The position numbers and the translations under genes were made by a program. DNA of 64,000 nt. Origin: Corallococcus coralloides. Lineage in GTDB: Bacteria; Myxococcota; Myxococcia; Myxococcales; Myxococcaceae. Positions 1 to 9,588 of this stretch are shown in pieces. Positions within the stretch are counted from its first letter, which is position 1; the number at the start of each line of letters is the position of its first letter. The notes under the pieces are model-generated. The model was given only the letters and a program-made list of their open reading frames with translations, was not told the origin of the DNA and did not search any database. The DNA is taken from assembly GCF_044792175.1 (NCBI RefSeq), contig NZ_CP172866.1. One strand, given 5' to 3'.

Positions 1-74
1 ATCCACAGCTCAATCCCCTGGAACATCCCCTCTGCCTCACGCAGCCCCTGCGCCTGCTGGAGTCCTCCGCCTGG

Positions 75-3000
75 GTGGAGCACGTCCCGTTCGCGATGTT
101 CCTGGTGGACCTGCTGCGTCCCGCGACGCTGGTGGAGCTGGGGACGCACACCGGCGTGTCCTACTCCGCGTTCTGCCAGGCGGTGGACGCGCTGAAGCTG
201 GAGACGCGCTGCCACGCGGTGGACACCTGGCAGGGCGACCCGCACGCGGGCTTCTACGGGCCGGACGTCCTCGCGGACCTGCGCGCGCACCACGACCCGC
301 TCTACAGCCGGTTCTCCCAACTGCACCCGATGACCTTCGACCAGGCCCTGGGCCAGTTCGAGGACGGCTCCATCGACCTGCTCCACATCGACGGCTGCCA
401 CGAGTACGCGCAGGTGAAGGCGGACTTCGAGCGCTGGCGCCCCAAGCTGAGCGCGCGCGGCGTCGTCCTCTTCCACGACACCCACGTGCACGAGCGCGAC
501 TTCGGCGTCTGGCGGCTGTGGGAGGAGCTGCGGGGCCAGCATCCCTCCTTCGAGTTCGAGCACGGCTTCGGTCTGGGCGTGCTCGCGGTGGGCCCGGAGC
601 AGCCGGAGGGGCTGTTGGCCCTGACGAGCACCCGGGACGCGGAGCGCGAACACGTGCGGCAGGCCTTCGCCACGCTCGGCGGGCGCCTGACGCTCCTGCT
701 GCACCGGCAGCACCTGCTCGACGCCTACGGCCAGAAGGAACAGCAGGCCGCGGACCACGCGCGTCAGGCGCAGCAGCTCCAGGCGGAGCTGGACGCCGCC
801 CGCGAAGCGGCGCGCGACACCGCGAGCACCCTTCGCGAGTTCGAAGGCCGGCTCGCGCGGATGGGCCTGGCCCAGCGGATGCTCCAGGAGGAGCTGGGCC
901 GCAAGAACGCCCGCATCTACGAACTGGACGCGCACGTGGCGACCCAGGGCTCGCAGTTGGCGCACATCAACGGCAGCCTCGCCTGGAAGGCCATCAACCG
1001 CTACTGGGCCATGCGCGAGCGCGTGCTGCCCCCCGGCACGAAGCGCGGCCACCTCTACCAGAAGAGCAAGGGCACGCTGCACAAGGTGGGCGCGAAGCTG
1101 ATCAAGCTGCCCGCGAAGAAGGGCGCCCTCCAGGCCCTGCGCGCCGCGAAGGCCGCCCTCACGCCGGCCGCCCCCGTCCCCCCCACCGCCGCCTTGGTCG
1201 AGGCCCCGAGCGCGCCGCCCGCGCGCCCGGCGCCGTGGACCGCGCCGCTCACGCACGTCTCCCAGGCCAGCCTGGGCCGGCGCATCCTGATCATCGCGGA
1301 GCTGTCGCTGCCCCAGTGCAAGCGCTACCGCGTGGATCAGAAGGTCGCCATGTTCCACCGGCTCGGGTACGACGTCACCGTCCTGCGCTGGAACGACCAC
1401 GAGGAGTGCAAGGCCGCGCTCCAGTTCCACGGCCTGGTCATCTACTACCGGGTGCCCGCCTTCCCCGGCGTGGAGGAGCTACTGGCGGAGACCCGGCGCC
1501 TGGGCCTCCCGCACTTCTTCGACGTCGACGACCTCATCTTCGACGTGGAGGAGTACCAGCGGAACACCAACGTGCAGCGGCTGCCCGCGAACGAGCGCGA
1601 GCTGCTGCTCAACGGCGCGAAGCTCTACCGCAAGGCGCTCAGCCTGTGTGAGCACGCCATCGCCAGCACGCCCACCATCGCGGAGCAGATGTCCCGCGTC
1701 ATCTCCGGCAAGGTCTACGTCGTCGAGAACTGCCTGGACGACGGCATCCTGGAGCTGGCCCGGGAGATGGAAGCGCGCCCGCCCGCGGTGGACCCGGACA
1801 CGGTCACCATCGGCTACGGCAGCGGAACGCGCACGCACGACGCGGACTTCACCATCGCCGCAGACGCCATCCTCGCGGTGATGGAGCGCCATCCGAACGT
1901 GCGCCTGGCCATCCACGGCTTCCTGGAGCTGCCGGAGGGCTTCTCGCGCTTCTCCGACCGCGTCTTCCGCATCCCGTTCCTGGACGCGGACGACTACCTG
2001 CGCGCGCTCGCGTCCTGGCAGATCTCCATCGCGCCGCTGGAGCAGACGGTCTTCAACGACGCCAAGAGCAACATCAAGTTCATCGAGGCGTCCATCTTCC
2101 GCGTGCCCGCGGTGTGCTCCGGCTCCGGGCCGTTCCGGGAGATCATCGACCACGGCCGCAACGGCTTCATCGCCACCACCCGTGAGGAGTGGGAGTCCGC
2201 GCTCTCCGCGCTGGTGCAGGACGCGTCGCTGCGCAAGCGCATGGGCGAGGAGGCGCACCGCAGCGTGCTGTCGCGCTACCACCCGGCGGTCGTGGCCACG
2301 GAGCGGCTGCAGCCCATCCTCCAGCACCTGCCGCCCGCGCCGCCGCCGCGCCTGAAGGTCCTGGAGGCCAACATCCTCTTCGCGCCCCTGAGCTTCGGCG
2401 GGGCGACCGTCGTCACGGAGCAACTGGCGCACCAGTTGAAGGCGGAGGGCTGCGACGTCACCGTGTTCACCGGCATCATGAACTCGCCGCTGCCCGCCTA
2501 TTCGGTGGTGCGCTACGAGGCGCTGGGCCTGCCGGTCATCGCCACCCAGGTGCCGTCCCTCACCGACCGCGCCCAGGAGTACCAGAACCCGCGCATGGGG
2601 GAGACCTTCACCCAGGTGCTCAAGGCCGTGCGCCCGGACGTGGTGCACTTCCACTCCATCCAGCTCCTGAGCTCCGCGCTCGCCACGGCGTGCGCCGCGG
2701 AGGGCATCCCGTACACCATCACCGTGCATGACGCGTGGTGGCTGTGCGAGCGCCAGTTCATGGTCCGCGAGGACTCCACGTACTGCGGCCAGAAGGGCAT
2801 CGACCTGCGCGTGTGCACCAAGTGCGTGCCGGACTCGCGCTACACCTTCAAGCGCACGTTCGCCCTGCGCAAGGTGCTGGACGGCGCGGCCCTGCTGCTG
2901 GCGCCCAGCGAGTTCCAGCGCCAGCTCTACATCGCCAACGGCGTCGCGCCGGAGCGCATCGTCGTGAACAAGAACGGCGTGCTGCTGCCCGGCCGCGCGC

Positions 3001-3608
3001 GCGCCCCGCGCCCCGCGAACGCCCCCGTGCGCTTCGCCTACCTGGGCGGCCGCGCGGGGCACAAGGGGTACTTCTGGCTCAAGGACATCCTGGAGTCGGT
3101 GCCGGAGTCCGGCTGGGTCCTGAAGATGACCGACATCCAGTTGCGCATGGGGTCGGCCTCCATCGACGCGAAGGAATGGAAGGTGAAGGGCCAGGTGGAG
3201 GTGGTGCCTCCGTATGATCAGGACGGGATGGACGCCTTCTTCGACGGAGTGGACGTGCTGCTGATGCCCTCGCAGTGCAAGGAGAGCTTCGGGCTGACCG
3301 TGCGCGAGGCCATGGCCCGGAACGTGTGGGTGGTCACCACGGCGTCGGGCGGCGTCAGCGAGGACATCGTGGAGGGCGTCAACGGCAACGTCGTGGACAT
3401 GTCGGACGCCGACGGCTTCCGCCGCGTGCTGCGCGACCTGGTGGCCCACCCGGAGCGCATCGCGCGCGACCCGAACGCCCAGCGCACCCCGGTGCGCGAC
3501 TACGAGACCCAGGCCCGGGAGCTCCACGCGCTCCTGTCCGGTCTGGTGAATCCTCCCGCCCGGAGCACGCCCCGCCAGGACGCCAGCGCCGCGGTGCCCC
3601 ACCGTTGA
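75..3608 (+). CDS. Multidomain polysaccharide biosynthesis protein: N-terminal class I SAM methyltransferase (Methyltransf_24/TylF-like), coiled-coil, Pro/Ala linker, GT-B glycosyltransferase, C-terminal GT4 glycosyltransferase
   Basis: The ORF runs 75..3608 and starts with GTG at 75. There is no in-frame stop upstream, so the true start may lie before the window. The N-terminus has a TylF/CmcI-like methyltransferase region ([30 protein letters not shown]). Residues about 180-300 have coiled-coil heptads ([16 protein letters not shown]...). A second domain has GT1-type signatures. The C-terminal domain carries the GT4 E-x7-E region ([38 protein letters not shown]). Confidence 0.75.
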   Translation: MEHVPFAMFLVDLLRPATLVELGTHTGVSYSAFCQAVDALKLETRCHAVDTWQGDPHAGFYGPDVLADLRAHHDPLYSRFSQLHPMTFDQALGQFEDGSIDLLHIDGCHEYAQVKADFERWRPKLSARGVVLFHDTHVHERDFGVWRLWEELRGQHPSFEFEHGFGLGVLAVGPEQPEGLLALTSTRDAEREHVRQAFATLGGRLTLLLHRQHLLDAYGQKEQQAADHARQAQQLQAELDAAREAARDTASTLREFEGRLARMGLAQRMLQEELGRKNARIYELDAHVATQGSQLAHINGSLAWKAINRYWAMRERVLPPGTKRGHLYQKSKGTLHKVGAKLIKLPAKKGALQALRAAKAALTPAAPVPPTAALVEAPSAPPARPAPWTAPLTHVSQASLGRRILIIAELSLPQCKRYRVDQKVAMFHRLGYDVTVLRWNDHEECKAALQFHGLVIYYRVPAFPGVEELLAETRRLGLPHFFDVDDLIFDVEEYQRNTNVQRLPANERELLLNGAKLYRKALSLCEHAIASTPTIAEQMSRVISGKVYVVENCLDDGILELAREMEARPPAVDPDTVTIGYGSGTRTHDADFTIAADAILAVMERHPNVRLAIHGFLELPEGFSRFSDRVFRIPFLDADDYLRALASWQISIAPLEQTVFNDAKSNIKFIEASIFRVPAVCSGSGPFREIIDHGRNGFIATTREEWESALSALVQDASLRKRMGEEAHRSVLSRYHPAVVATERLQPILQHLPPAPPPRLKVLEANILFAPLSFGGATVVTEQLAHQLKAEGCDVTVFTGIMNSPLPAYSVVRYEALGLPVIATQVPSLTDRAQEYQNPRMGETFTQVLKAVRPDVVHFHSIQLLSSALATACAAEGIPYTITVHDAWWLCERQFMVREDSTYCGQKGIDLRVCTKCVPDSRYTFKRTFALRKVLDGAALLLAPSEFQRQLYIANGVAPERIVVNKNGVLLPGRARAPRPANAPVRFAYLGGRAGHKGYFWLKDILESVPESGWVLKMTDIQLRMGSASIDAKEWKVKGQVEVVPPYDQDGMDAFFDGVDVLLMPSQCKESFGLTVREAMARNVWVVTTASGGVSEDIVEGVNGNVVDMSDADGFRRVLRDLVAHPERIARDPNAQRTPVRDYETQARELHALLSGLVNPPARSTPRQDASAAVPHR

Positions 3609-3625
3609 ACCCCCGGAGACGCTCC

Positions 3626-4498
3626 ATGCCCTTGTCCCAGCTCAAGGCCCTGATTCCTCCCGCGATCAAGACCGCCGTGCGCGCACAGCTCCAGACGGGG
3701 CTGATGCGCACGGAGAACCAGTTGGCGTCGCTCCGGTCGCGCTGGTCGCCGCCGGCCCCCGTGGAGCCGTCACCGCCGGTCGTCGAGGCGCCGCCACCGC
3801 CGGCCCCCGCGCTTCCGCCCATCACCCGGGAGCTCATCGCGGCCCAGTACCTGCGCGGCGAGGGCCTGGAGATTGGAGCCCTGTCCAATCCCACGAAGGT
3901 GCCCGCCGGGGTCCGGGTCCGCTATGTGGACGTGGCGCCCATCGACGTGCTGCGCGCCCGCTTCCCGGAGGTGGCCGACCGCATCGTCACGCCGGACATC
4001 GTGGACAACGGCGAGGAGCTGGGCACGGTGGCGCCGGACTCCCAGGACTTCGTCATCGCCAACCACGTCCTGGAGCACTGCGAAGATCCCATCGGCACGC
4101 TGAAGAACTTCCTCCGGGTCCTGCGCCCCGGAGGCATCCTCTTCATGGCCATCCCGGACAAGCGCTTCACCTTCGACCTGCCCCGGGAGCTCACCTCCGC
4201 GGCGCACGTCGTGGAGGACCACCTGAAGGGGCCGGAGGTCTCCCGGCGCGCCCACTACGACGAGTGGCTGCGCCTCATCGACCGGAAGGAGGGCGAGGAG
4301 CTGGCCCGCCTGACGGAGGACTTCCTCCAGAACCGCACGAACATCCACTTCCACGTGTGGACCTTCAACGAGATGTCCGAGCTGTTCTCCGCGGCCCGCA
4401 ACCAGTTGGGCCTGCCCTTCGACGTCAAGCTGGCCTTCCTGGATCCGCCGTGTCTGGAGGTGGTGTGGGTCCTGGAAGTGACGAAGCCCCGGGCCTGA
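3626..4498 (+). CDS. Class I SAM-dependent methyltransferase (Methyltransf_11/23-like)
   Basis: The ATG at 3626 has a GGAG 6-9 nt upstream. The listed ORF 3275..4498 overlaps the upstream gene, so I chose the internal start. The protein has the motif VIANHVLEHCEDPIGTLKNFLRVLRPGGILFMAIPDK, typical of SAM methyltransferases. Confidence 0.75.
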   Translation: MPLSQLKALIPPAIKTAVRAQLQTGLMRTENQLASLRSRWSPPAPVEPSPPVVEAPPPPAPALPPITRELIAAQYLRGEGLEIGALSNPTKVPAGVRVRYVDVAPIDVLRARFPEVADRIVTPDIVDNGEELGTVAPDSQDFVIANHVLEHCEDPIGTLKNFLRVLRPGGILFMAIPDKRFTFDLPRELTSAAHVVEDHLKGPEVSRRAHYDEWLRLIDRKEGEELARLTEDFLQNRTNIHFHVWTFNEMSELFSAARNQLGLPFDVKLAFLDPPCLEVVWVLEVTKPRA

Positions 4499-4502
4499 GC
4501 GC

Positions 4503-5900
4503 CTACGCCGGGCCGTAGTAGCGCTGGTACACGGTGGTGAGCGTCACCACCGTGGTGAGCAGGATGAAGCCGGCGATGAGCACCGGCTTGAGGCGCGTCA
4601 GCGCGCGCGGTGCCCAGGTGGGCGGGGCCAGCGCCACCACCAGCAGCGGCGTGTAGGGCAACAGGTAGCGGCCCTGCACCCCGTCCACGTGGTTCGCGCC
4701 CGGCGCCGTCCACGCCAGGTACAGCATGGCCTGGATGGCCAGTACGCCCGCCACCGCCACCCCCAGCGCCACCGCGCGCTCGCGCCAGCCCACCTTCGGC
4801 GCGGCCCCGTCGGCGTCCAGCACCATCACCCCCAGGAGCAACGCGGCCAGCCCGAGGAGCGCGGGGCGGGGCACCGGCGTGTCCAGCCAGCCCAGCACGC
4901 CGCCGCCCTGGTGCAGGAAGTCCGGCAGCCGCGTCCAGAAGTCGCTCACCAGCACGCCCAGCACCTGGAAGGGGTGCGCGCGCACGTGGGCCACCTGCGC
5001 CACCACCTCGCTGGGGCGGAAGATGTCCCGCACCGTGGCGGACCACGCGAACTGGAGCAGCGCGGGCACGGCGACGATGGCGGCCAGGGCCAGGGCATAG
5101 CGGCCGCGCGTCCCCAGCCGGGTGAGCGGCAGCAGCAGGAACACCAGCGTCAGCGGCAGGTAGGCCTGCTTGCACAGCGCCACGAACACCGCGCTCGCCA
5201 GCAGCAGGCCCAGTTGCTTCGCGCCCAGCGGCCCCGGGTGCGCGAAGGTGAAATGCAGCGACAGCGCCACCAGCAGCAGGCACGCCGACATCGTGATGGG
5301 GTCCGCGGACACGGACGCGCGCTGGAAGAGCACCATGGGCGTGAGCGCCAGCAGCGCGAAGGCCCACCGCTGGAAGGGCATCAGGCGCAGCGCCACCGCG
5401 GTGAGCACCAGCGCCACCAGCACGTTGCCCAGCCGGCCCGCCCACAGCACCACCACCGGGGGCGCCTCCAGGATCCGCGCGGGCGCCATGCCCAGCGACT
5501 GCGGGAAGTAGACCAGCGGGAAGTAGATGGCGGACGCGGCGAAGCGCCACTCCTGGGTGTCCTGGGGCGCCAGCGCCGCGTGCATCGCGTCGCGCAGGCG
5601 CTGCCGGTCCTGGCGCGCCGCGGGGTTGCCGCCCACGCCCTCGGACACCTCCTGCGCCACCCGCACGATGCTGCGCGGGAGCTGCCCGCCCGCGTCACCC
5701 ACCGGGATGCGCGTGGCCGTGAGCTGCCCCTCGGAGACCTGATACGCGCGGTAGAAGTGCGCCGGCTCGTCCGCCACCTGGAACGGCGGGGTGAGGAAGC
5801 TCAACACCGCGCCCAGCACCGCGGCCACGACGAGGAAGGCCACGACGGGCGCGATGAAGAACGGACGCAGCGGGGACGGGGACGGGGCAGACGGAAGCAT
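4503..5900 (-). CDS. Polytopic integral membrane protein, DUF2142/GT-C-like (candidate polyprenol-phosphate-sugar dependent glycosyltransferase)
   Basis: The 465-aa protein has at least 10 hydrophobic segments. Its N-terminus has a TM helix followed by a loop containing DEPAHFYRAYQ, which is reminiscent of the DUF2142/ArnT-like GT-C fold. It sits next to a GT2/DUF2304 pair. Confidence 0.55.
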   Translation of the reverse strand: MLPSAPSPSPLRPFFIAPVVAFLVVAAVLGAVLSFLTPPFQVADEPAHFYRAYQVSEGQLTATRIPVGDAGGQLPRSIVRVAQEVSEGVGGNPAARQDRQRLRDAMHAALAPQDTQEWRFAASAIYFPLVYFPQSLGMAPARILEAPPVVVLWAGRLGNVLVALVLTAVALRLMPFQRWAFALLALTPMVLFQRASVSADPITMSACLLLVALSLHFTFAHPGPLGAKQLGLLLASAVFVALCKQAYLPLTLVFLLLPLTRLGTRGRYALALAAIVAVPALLQFAWSATVRDIFRPSEVVAQVAHVRAHPFQVLGVLVSDFWTRLPDFLHQGGGVLGWLDTPVPRPALLGLAALLLGVMVLDADGAAPKVGWRERAVALGVAVAGVLAIQAMLYLAWTAPGANHVDGVQGRYLLPYTPLLVVALAPPTWAPRALTRLKPVLIAGFILLTTVVTLTTVYQRYYGPA

Positions 5901-5927
5901 GGAGGACGGAGGGGGCCCGGTGGGCCC

Positions 5928-6344
5928 TCAGGCGGCGTGCGGGTCGCGCCGGGCTGCGGCGGCGGGGGGGACGGCTTCGGGACGGGGCTGCGCGCGCGCG
6001 GCGCGCTCGGCCTCCGCGGAGGTGAGCAGGGCGACCTCCTGGGCCAACCGCTTGAGCTGCTGGCGCTGATCCGCCACCTGGAGGCTCAGCCGGTACACCA
6101 GCCACATGAGGCACGACAGGGCGATGAAGAAGAGGGCGGACGGGGCGTAGTAGATGCCCATGGCCGCCGCCAGCGCGTCGATGCCGTGGCGCCACAGCGA
6201 CAGGCCCGCGATGGCCGCCGCCACCAGCAGCCACGCGAAGGTGTGCCGCTCGCTGGTGCGCCGGCCCCGGGCCGACCACAGGACGCTGAAGGCGAAGACG
6301 GCCGCGAAGGCCACGCCGATGAGGCTGGAGCGAAGCATGGGCAT
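5928..6344 (-). CDS. Small membrane protein, DUF2304-like (partner of polyprenol-phosphate GT2)
   Basis: The start ATG at 6344-6342 overlaps the TGA stop of the upstream GT2 gene (tgATG), which suggests translational coupling. The protein MPMLRSSLIGVAFAAVFAFSVLW... has three predicted TM helices and a charged C-tail. The longer listed ORF (to 6413) would overlap the GT2 gene. Confidence 0.5.
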   Translation of the reverse strand: MPMLRSSLIGVAFAAVFAFSVLWSARGRRTSERHTFAWLLVAAAIAGLSLWRHGIDALAAAMGIYYAPSALFFIALSCLMWLVYRLSLQVADQRQQLKRLAQEVALLTSAEAERAARAQPRPEAVPPAAAARRDPHAA

Positions 6345-7042
6345 CAGACGGGACGGACCCGCTCCATGAGCAGGGCGAAGGACACCTTCGCCATGTAGAA
6401 GGCCGACTTCCACGGCGTCAGCGAGCTGGTGCCGGTGAGGCGCGGCCGCATGCGCACCGGCACCTCCGCGATGGCGAAGCCCTGGCGCGCCGCCATCAGC
6501 ACGCTCTCCGGCTCCGGGTAGTCATGCGGGTGGACGCGCGCGAAGAAGCGGATCGCCTGCGGACCGAAGCCCCGGAAGCCGGAGGTGGGGTCGGTGATGC
6601 GGTGGCGGCTCAGCGTGGACAGGAGGCCCGCCAGGAACCGGTTGCCGAAGCGGCGCAGCCGCGTGGAGCGGAAGCTGGTGACGCCCGCGAAGCGGCTGCC
6701 GATGACCAGCTCCACGCCCGACTGGAGCGCCTCGCGCAGCGCGGGCACGGACGCCGGGTCATGCTGGCCGTCGCCGTCCATGCGGATGACGTGGTCGTAC
6801 CCGTTGCGGGACGCGAACAGCAGGCCGCTGGCCTCGCCCGCGGCGACGCCCAGGTTGAAGGGATGGCTGAGCACCCGCGCCCCGCAGTCCCGCGCGCGCT
6901 GCGCCGTGGCGTCGCGCGAGCCGTCGTCCACCACGAGCACGTCGAACTCCGGCAGCGCCTCGCGCAGCTCCGCCACCGTCGAGCCGATGCACTCCTCTTC
7001 GTTGAAGGCCAGCAACACGATGAGGCCCCGTCGGGTGTCCAT
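6344..7042 (-). CDS. GT2 family glycosyltransferase, dolichol/polyprenol-phosphate mannosyl(glycosyl)transferase-like
   Basis: The protein has the DPM1/GtrB-like motifs VVDDGSRD, MDGDGQHDP and ITDPTSGFRGF. Confidence 0.8.
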   Translation of the reverse strand: MDTRRGLIVLLAFNEEECIGSTVAELREALPEFDVLVVDDGSRDATAQRARDCGARVLSHPFNLGVAAGEASGLLFASRNGYDHVIRMDGDGQHDPASVPALREALQSGVELVIGSRFAGVTSFRSTRLRRFGNRFLAGLLSTLSRHRITDPTSGFRGFGPQAIRFFARVHPHDYPEPESVLMAARQGFAIAEVPVRMRPRLTGTSSLTPWKSAFYMAKVSFALLMERVRPV

Positions 7043-7334
7043 TCAGCCCCCTCCTGCGTCTTCCGGGCCTTCTACCGTTACCCGGCACGCGCGAACAACC
7101 CGCTACGCCCGGTTCTCCAACACTCGCGCAATGAAGATACCCGCGTCCTCCAGCCTCAGGCCCCGGGCCAGCGCTCCCAGCCCCTGGCCCGCCAGGGAGA
7201 CGAGCGGCCGGGGGAGCCTGCGCAGGGCGCGCGCCCGGTCCGCCAGGCTGTCGGCCTCGAAGTCCAGGCCCCCGAAGGTGTCCCTGACGCTTCCGCGCGT
7301 CCCCCGTCACGTGGCCGCCCGGCTCCCAGGCCGG

Positions 7335-7838
7335 TCAGCGGCCCCGGCGCCGCGAGGGCGCGCGGCGCGGCGGCTCCTTCGGGGGCTCCTGCGGGGTCGG
7401 AGGCAGGCGCGACAGCAACTGCTCCAACTGGCGCTCCACCTCCTGGCGCCACAGGGACTGCGTGCGCGCCTGGACGCGCTGGTGCTCGTGGATGAGCGCG
7501 AGCGCGTCCAGGATGGCCTCGTTGAACTCCACCTGGCGCCGGAGCGCCTCGTTGATGAAGGGCTGGAACGCCAGCCGGAAGGCGCGCTTGGCCATCACCA
7601 GCGCGGGCCCCACCAGGGGTCGGTGGGACGAAGGCGGATCCGCGTAGCGCGCGTCGCGCTTCAGCCGCGCGCCCTCCAGGAACGGGGGCCACGCGGCGTT
7701 GATGGCCGGGGCCTGGGTGGCGGCGAGGCGCCGGCGCAGCGCCTCCACCTTCTCGGGCTCCGGCGTGGGCAGCCGCGCCAGGGACTCCAGCACCGCCTCC
7801 ACCGTGGGGTCGCGGGTGATGAGGTCCTCAGCGCGCAT
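7335..7838 (-). CDS. Hypothetical protein
   Basis: The amino-acid composition is balanced, unlike the overlapping R/P-rich shadow ORFs. Its start overlaps the stop of the GT4 gene by 11 nt. I recognise no domain. Confidence 0.4.
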   Translation of the reverse strand: MRAEDLITRDPTVEAVLESLARLPTPEPEKVEALRRRLAATQAPAINAAWPPFLEGARLKRDARYADPPSSHRPLVGPALVMAKRAFRLAFQPFINEALRRQVEFNEAILDALALIHEHQRVQARTQSLWRQEVERQLEQLLSRLPPTPQEPPKEPPRRAPSRRRGR

Positions 7839-9474
7839 GCGGGTGTCCTCCCACGTCCAGCTCCCTCGCCAGCTCCGCCGCGAGCGACACCAGGTCGCGC
7901 CCCGGGGTGAGCTCCCACAGCTTCTTTCCCAGGACCTGCTTGACGCCCGCGTCCGGCGCGCGGCGGGCCTCCCAGACGCCCGCGACGCACGCCTCCGGCG
8001 GCAGCCGCGACACGGTCCTCCGGGCGACCTCCTCTCCGGCGCCCGCGAACAGCAGCGGCCCGGAGGCGCACCGCACGCCCGTCTCCAGCGACGACGACGG
8101 CGGGCTGACCCCCTCCAACCCGAAGGAGGGCTCGTCCGGCGTGAAGCGCCGCACCCGCGTCACGCCCTCGTGCTCGTCGCGCGGGGCCAACTGGAGGGGC
8201 AGCACCTGCCGGCGCACCGTCCACAGGCTCGCGTCCGGAAGCCGGTCCACCACCGCGCGCGCCAGCCGGGACATGGGCGCGTCCGGCGCGGCGTCGAAGC
8301 CGGGGCACACGACGGTGGCGGCGGGTCCGGCGGGAGGGCGGGCGTGGGGCGCGGCTCCCTGGAGGAAGGGCGTGAGCGCCTCGCGTACGCGCTGGGCCAC
8401 GGCCTGCTGGTCCAGGGACGCCAGGCGCTGGCGCTGCGCCTCCACCACCCGCGAGCGCAGGGCGGGGTCGCGCTCCAGCACCGCCAGCAGCCCCGCCACC
8501 TGCGCGGGGTCGTCCGACAGCGTGGTGAGGCCCGCGCCGCCCATGGTCTCCGGCACCGCCGCGGCGCCGTAGGCCACCACCGGCACGCCCCGGTACATGG
8601 CCTCCAGCAGCGGCACGCCGAAGCCCTCGTGGCGGCTCATGGAGAGGTACGCGGTGGCGGAGGCGAAGCACGCGGACAACTGGGCGGCGTCCACCCGCCC
8701 CAGGAACACCACGCGATCCGGGCCCAGTTGCTCGCGCAGCGCCAGCACGGACGCGTCATAGGGCGCGCTGCTGTAGAGCGTCCCCGCCACCAGCAGCCGG
8801 CTCCGGGGCTGGTACAGGCGCTGGTAGGCGGTGAAGACGCGCAGCACGTCCTCCAGCCGCTTGCTGGGCACGGTGCGGCCCACGAAGAGCACGTTGGCGC
8901 ACCCGTCCGCCATCTGCTCGCGCAGGGCCGCGTCCGGCGCCACGTTGAACGCGTTCCAGTCCACCGCGAAGGGCAGGACGCTCGCGTCCGGGTAGCCCGC
9001 GGCGGACAGCTCCTCCACGCTGAAGTGCGAGTAGGCCCAGGCGTGCGTCACGTGCTCGCGGAGCTGGAGCAGCTCCTCGCGCGCCAGCATGCAGCCGCGG
9101 GCGACGTGGCGGTCCGTGCCCTCGAAGAACCGCTCGGGCGTGACGTTGTGGTACAGCAGCGCCTTGCGCCCCTTGGCCTTGGCCACCAGCGGCACCAGCC
9201 TCGACTCGAAGCTGTGGTGGACGAGCAGCGCGGTGTCCCGGCCCGCGTCGCGGGCGTAGTCCAGGGCGGGGCGCACCTCGTCGCGGCACGCCTCGTCCCA
9301 CTGCTCCGCGTAGATCTCCGACGCGTACCCCCACCCGCGCAGCAGGTCGCGCAGGTAGCGCACCTGGTTGCCCACGGCGTCGCCCCAGGCCAGCCGCGGC
9401 ACGAGCTGGTGGACCGCTCCGGCGCTCGAGGACGCGGTCCCTCGCTTGCTGTTCCAGAGGCTCACGTTGGGCAA
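7828..9474 (-). CDS. GT4 family glycosyltransferase (GT-B, Glycos_transf_1)
   Basis: The C-terminal half has SMSRHEGFGVPLLEAMYRGVPVVAYGAAAVPETMG, the GT4 E-x7-E signature. The gene is transcribed divergently from rfbB. Confidence 0.8.
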   Translation of the reverse strand: MPNVSLWNSKRGTASSSAGAVHQLVPRLAWGDAVGNQVRYLRDLLRGWGYASEIYAEQWDEACRDEVRPALDYARDAGRDTALLVHHSFESRLVPLVAKAKGRKALLYHNVTPERFFEGTDRHVARGCMLAREELLQLREHVTHAWAYSHFSVEELSAAGYPDASVLPFAVDWNAFNVAPDAALREQMADGCANVLFVGRTVPSKRLEDVLRVFTAYQRLYQPRSRLLVAGTLYSSAPYDASVLALREQLGPDRVVFLGRVDAAQLSACFASATAYLSMSRHEGFGVPLLEAMYRGVPVVAYGAAAVPETMGGAGLTTLSDDPAQVAGLLAVLERDPALRSRVVEAQRQRLASLDQQAVAQRVREALTPFLQGAAPHARPPAGPAATVVCPGFDAAPDAPMSRLARAVVDRLPDASLWTVRRQVLPLQLAPRDEHEGVTRVRRFTPDEPSFGLEGVSPPSSSLETGVRCASGPLLFAGAGEEVARRTVSRLPPEACVAGVWEARRAPDAGVKQVLGKKLWELTPGRDLVSLAAELARELDVGGHPHAR

Positions 9475-9588
9475 GGCATTTACCCCTGGCCCGGACCGGC
9501 CACAAGTGGTCGCGCGCTTGCCTTGACGGGGATCCGTCCCTCCGCTACGGAGGGCGCTTTCTCCCGACGTACGAGTGGTGGCGTGTCA

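Noticed and set aside
518-3602. Long ORFs 518..1651(+), 1479..3602(-), 2189..2731(+), 2735..3217(+) overlapping the MT-GT gene
   Set aside because: The translations are Arg/Pro/Gly/Ala-rich with no domains, typical of shadow frames in high-GC DNA. The 75..3608 frame has clear MTase and GT motifs.
4255-6398. ORFs 4255..5550(-), 4689..6398(+), 5695..6279(-) etc.
   Set aside because: These are R/H/G/P-rich shadow ORFs over the DUF2142-like and DUF2304-like membrane protein genes.
6524-8671. ORFs 6524..7495(+), 6585..7910(+), 7156..7692(-), 7661..8671(-), 7907..8572(+)
   Set aside because: These are shadow ORFs of the GT2, hypothetical and GT4 genes. They have low-complexity R/A/G/P composition.
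7699-9588. N-terminal 630 aa of ORF 7699..10614(+) upstream of rfbB
   Set aside because: This frame is antisense to the GT4 gene and R/G-rich. Real rfbB begins at ATG 9589 (MNVLVTGG).
9475-9588. Possible divergent promoter region between GT4 and rfbB
   Set aside because: I could identify no confident -35/-10 or sigma-54 elements by eye in GC-rich sequence, so I did not report it as a feature.
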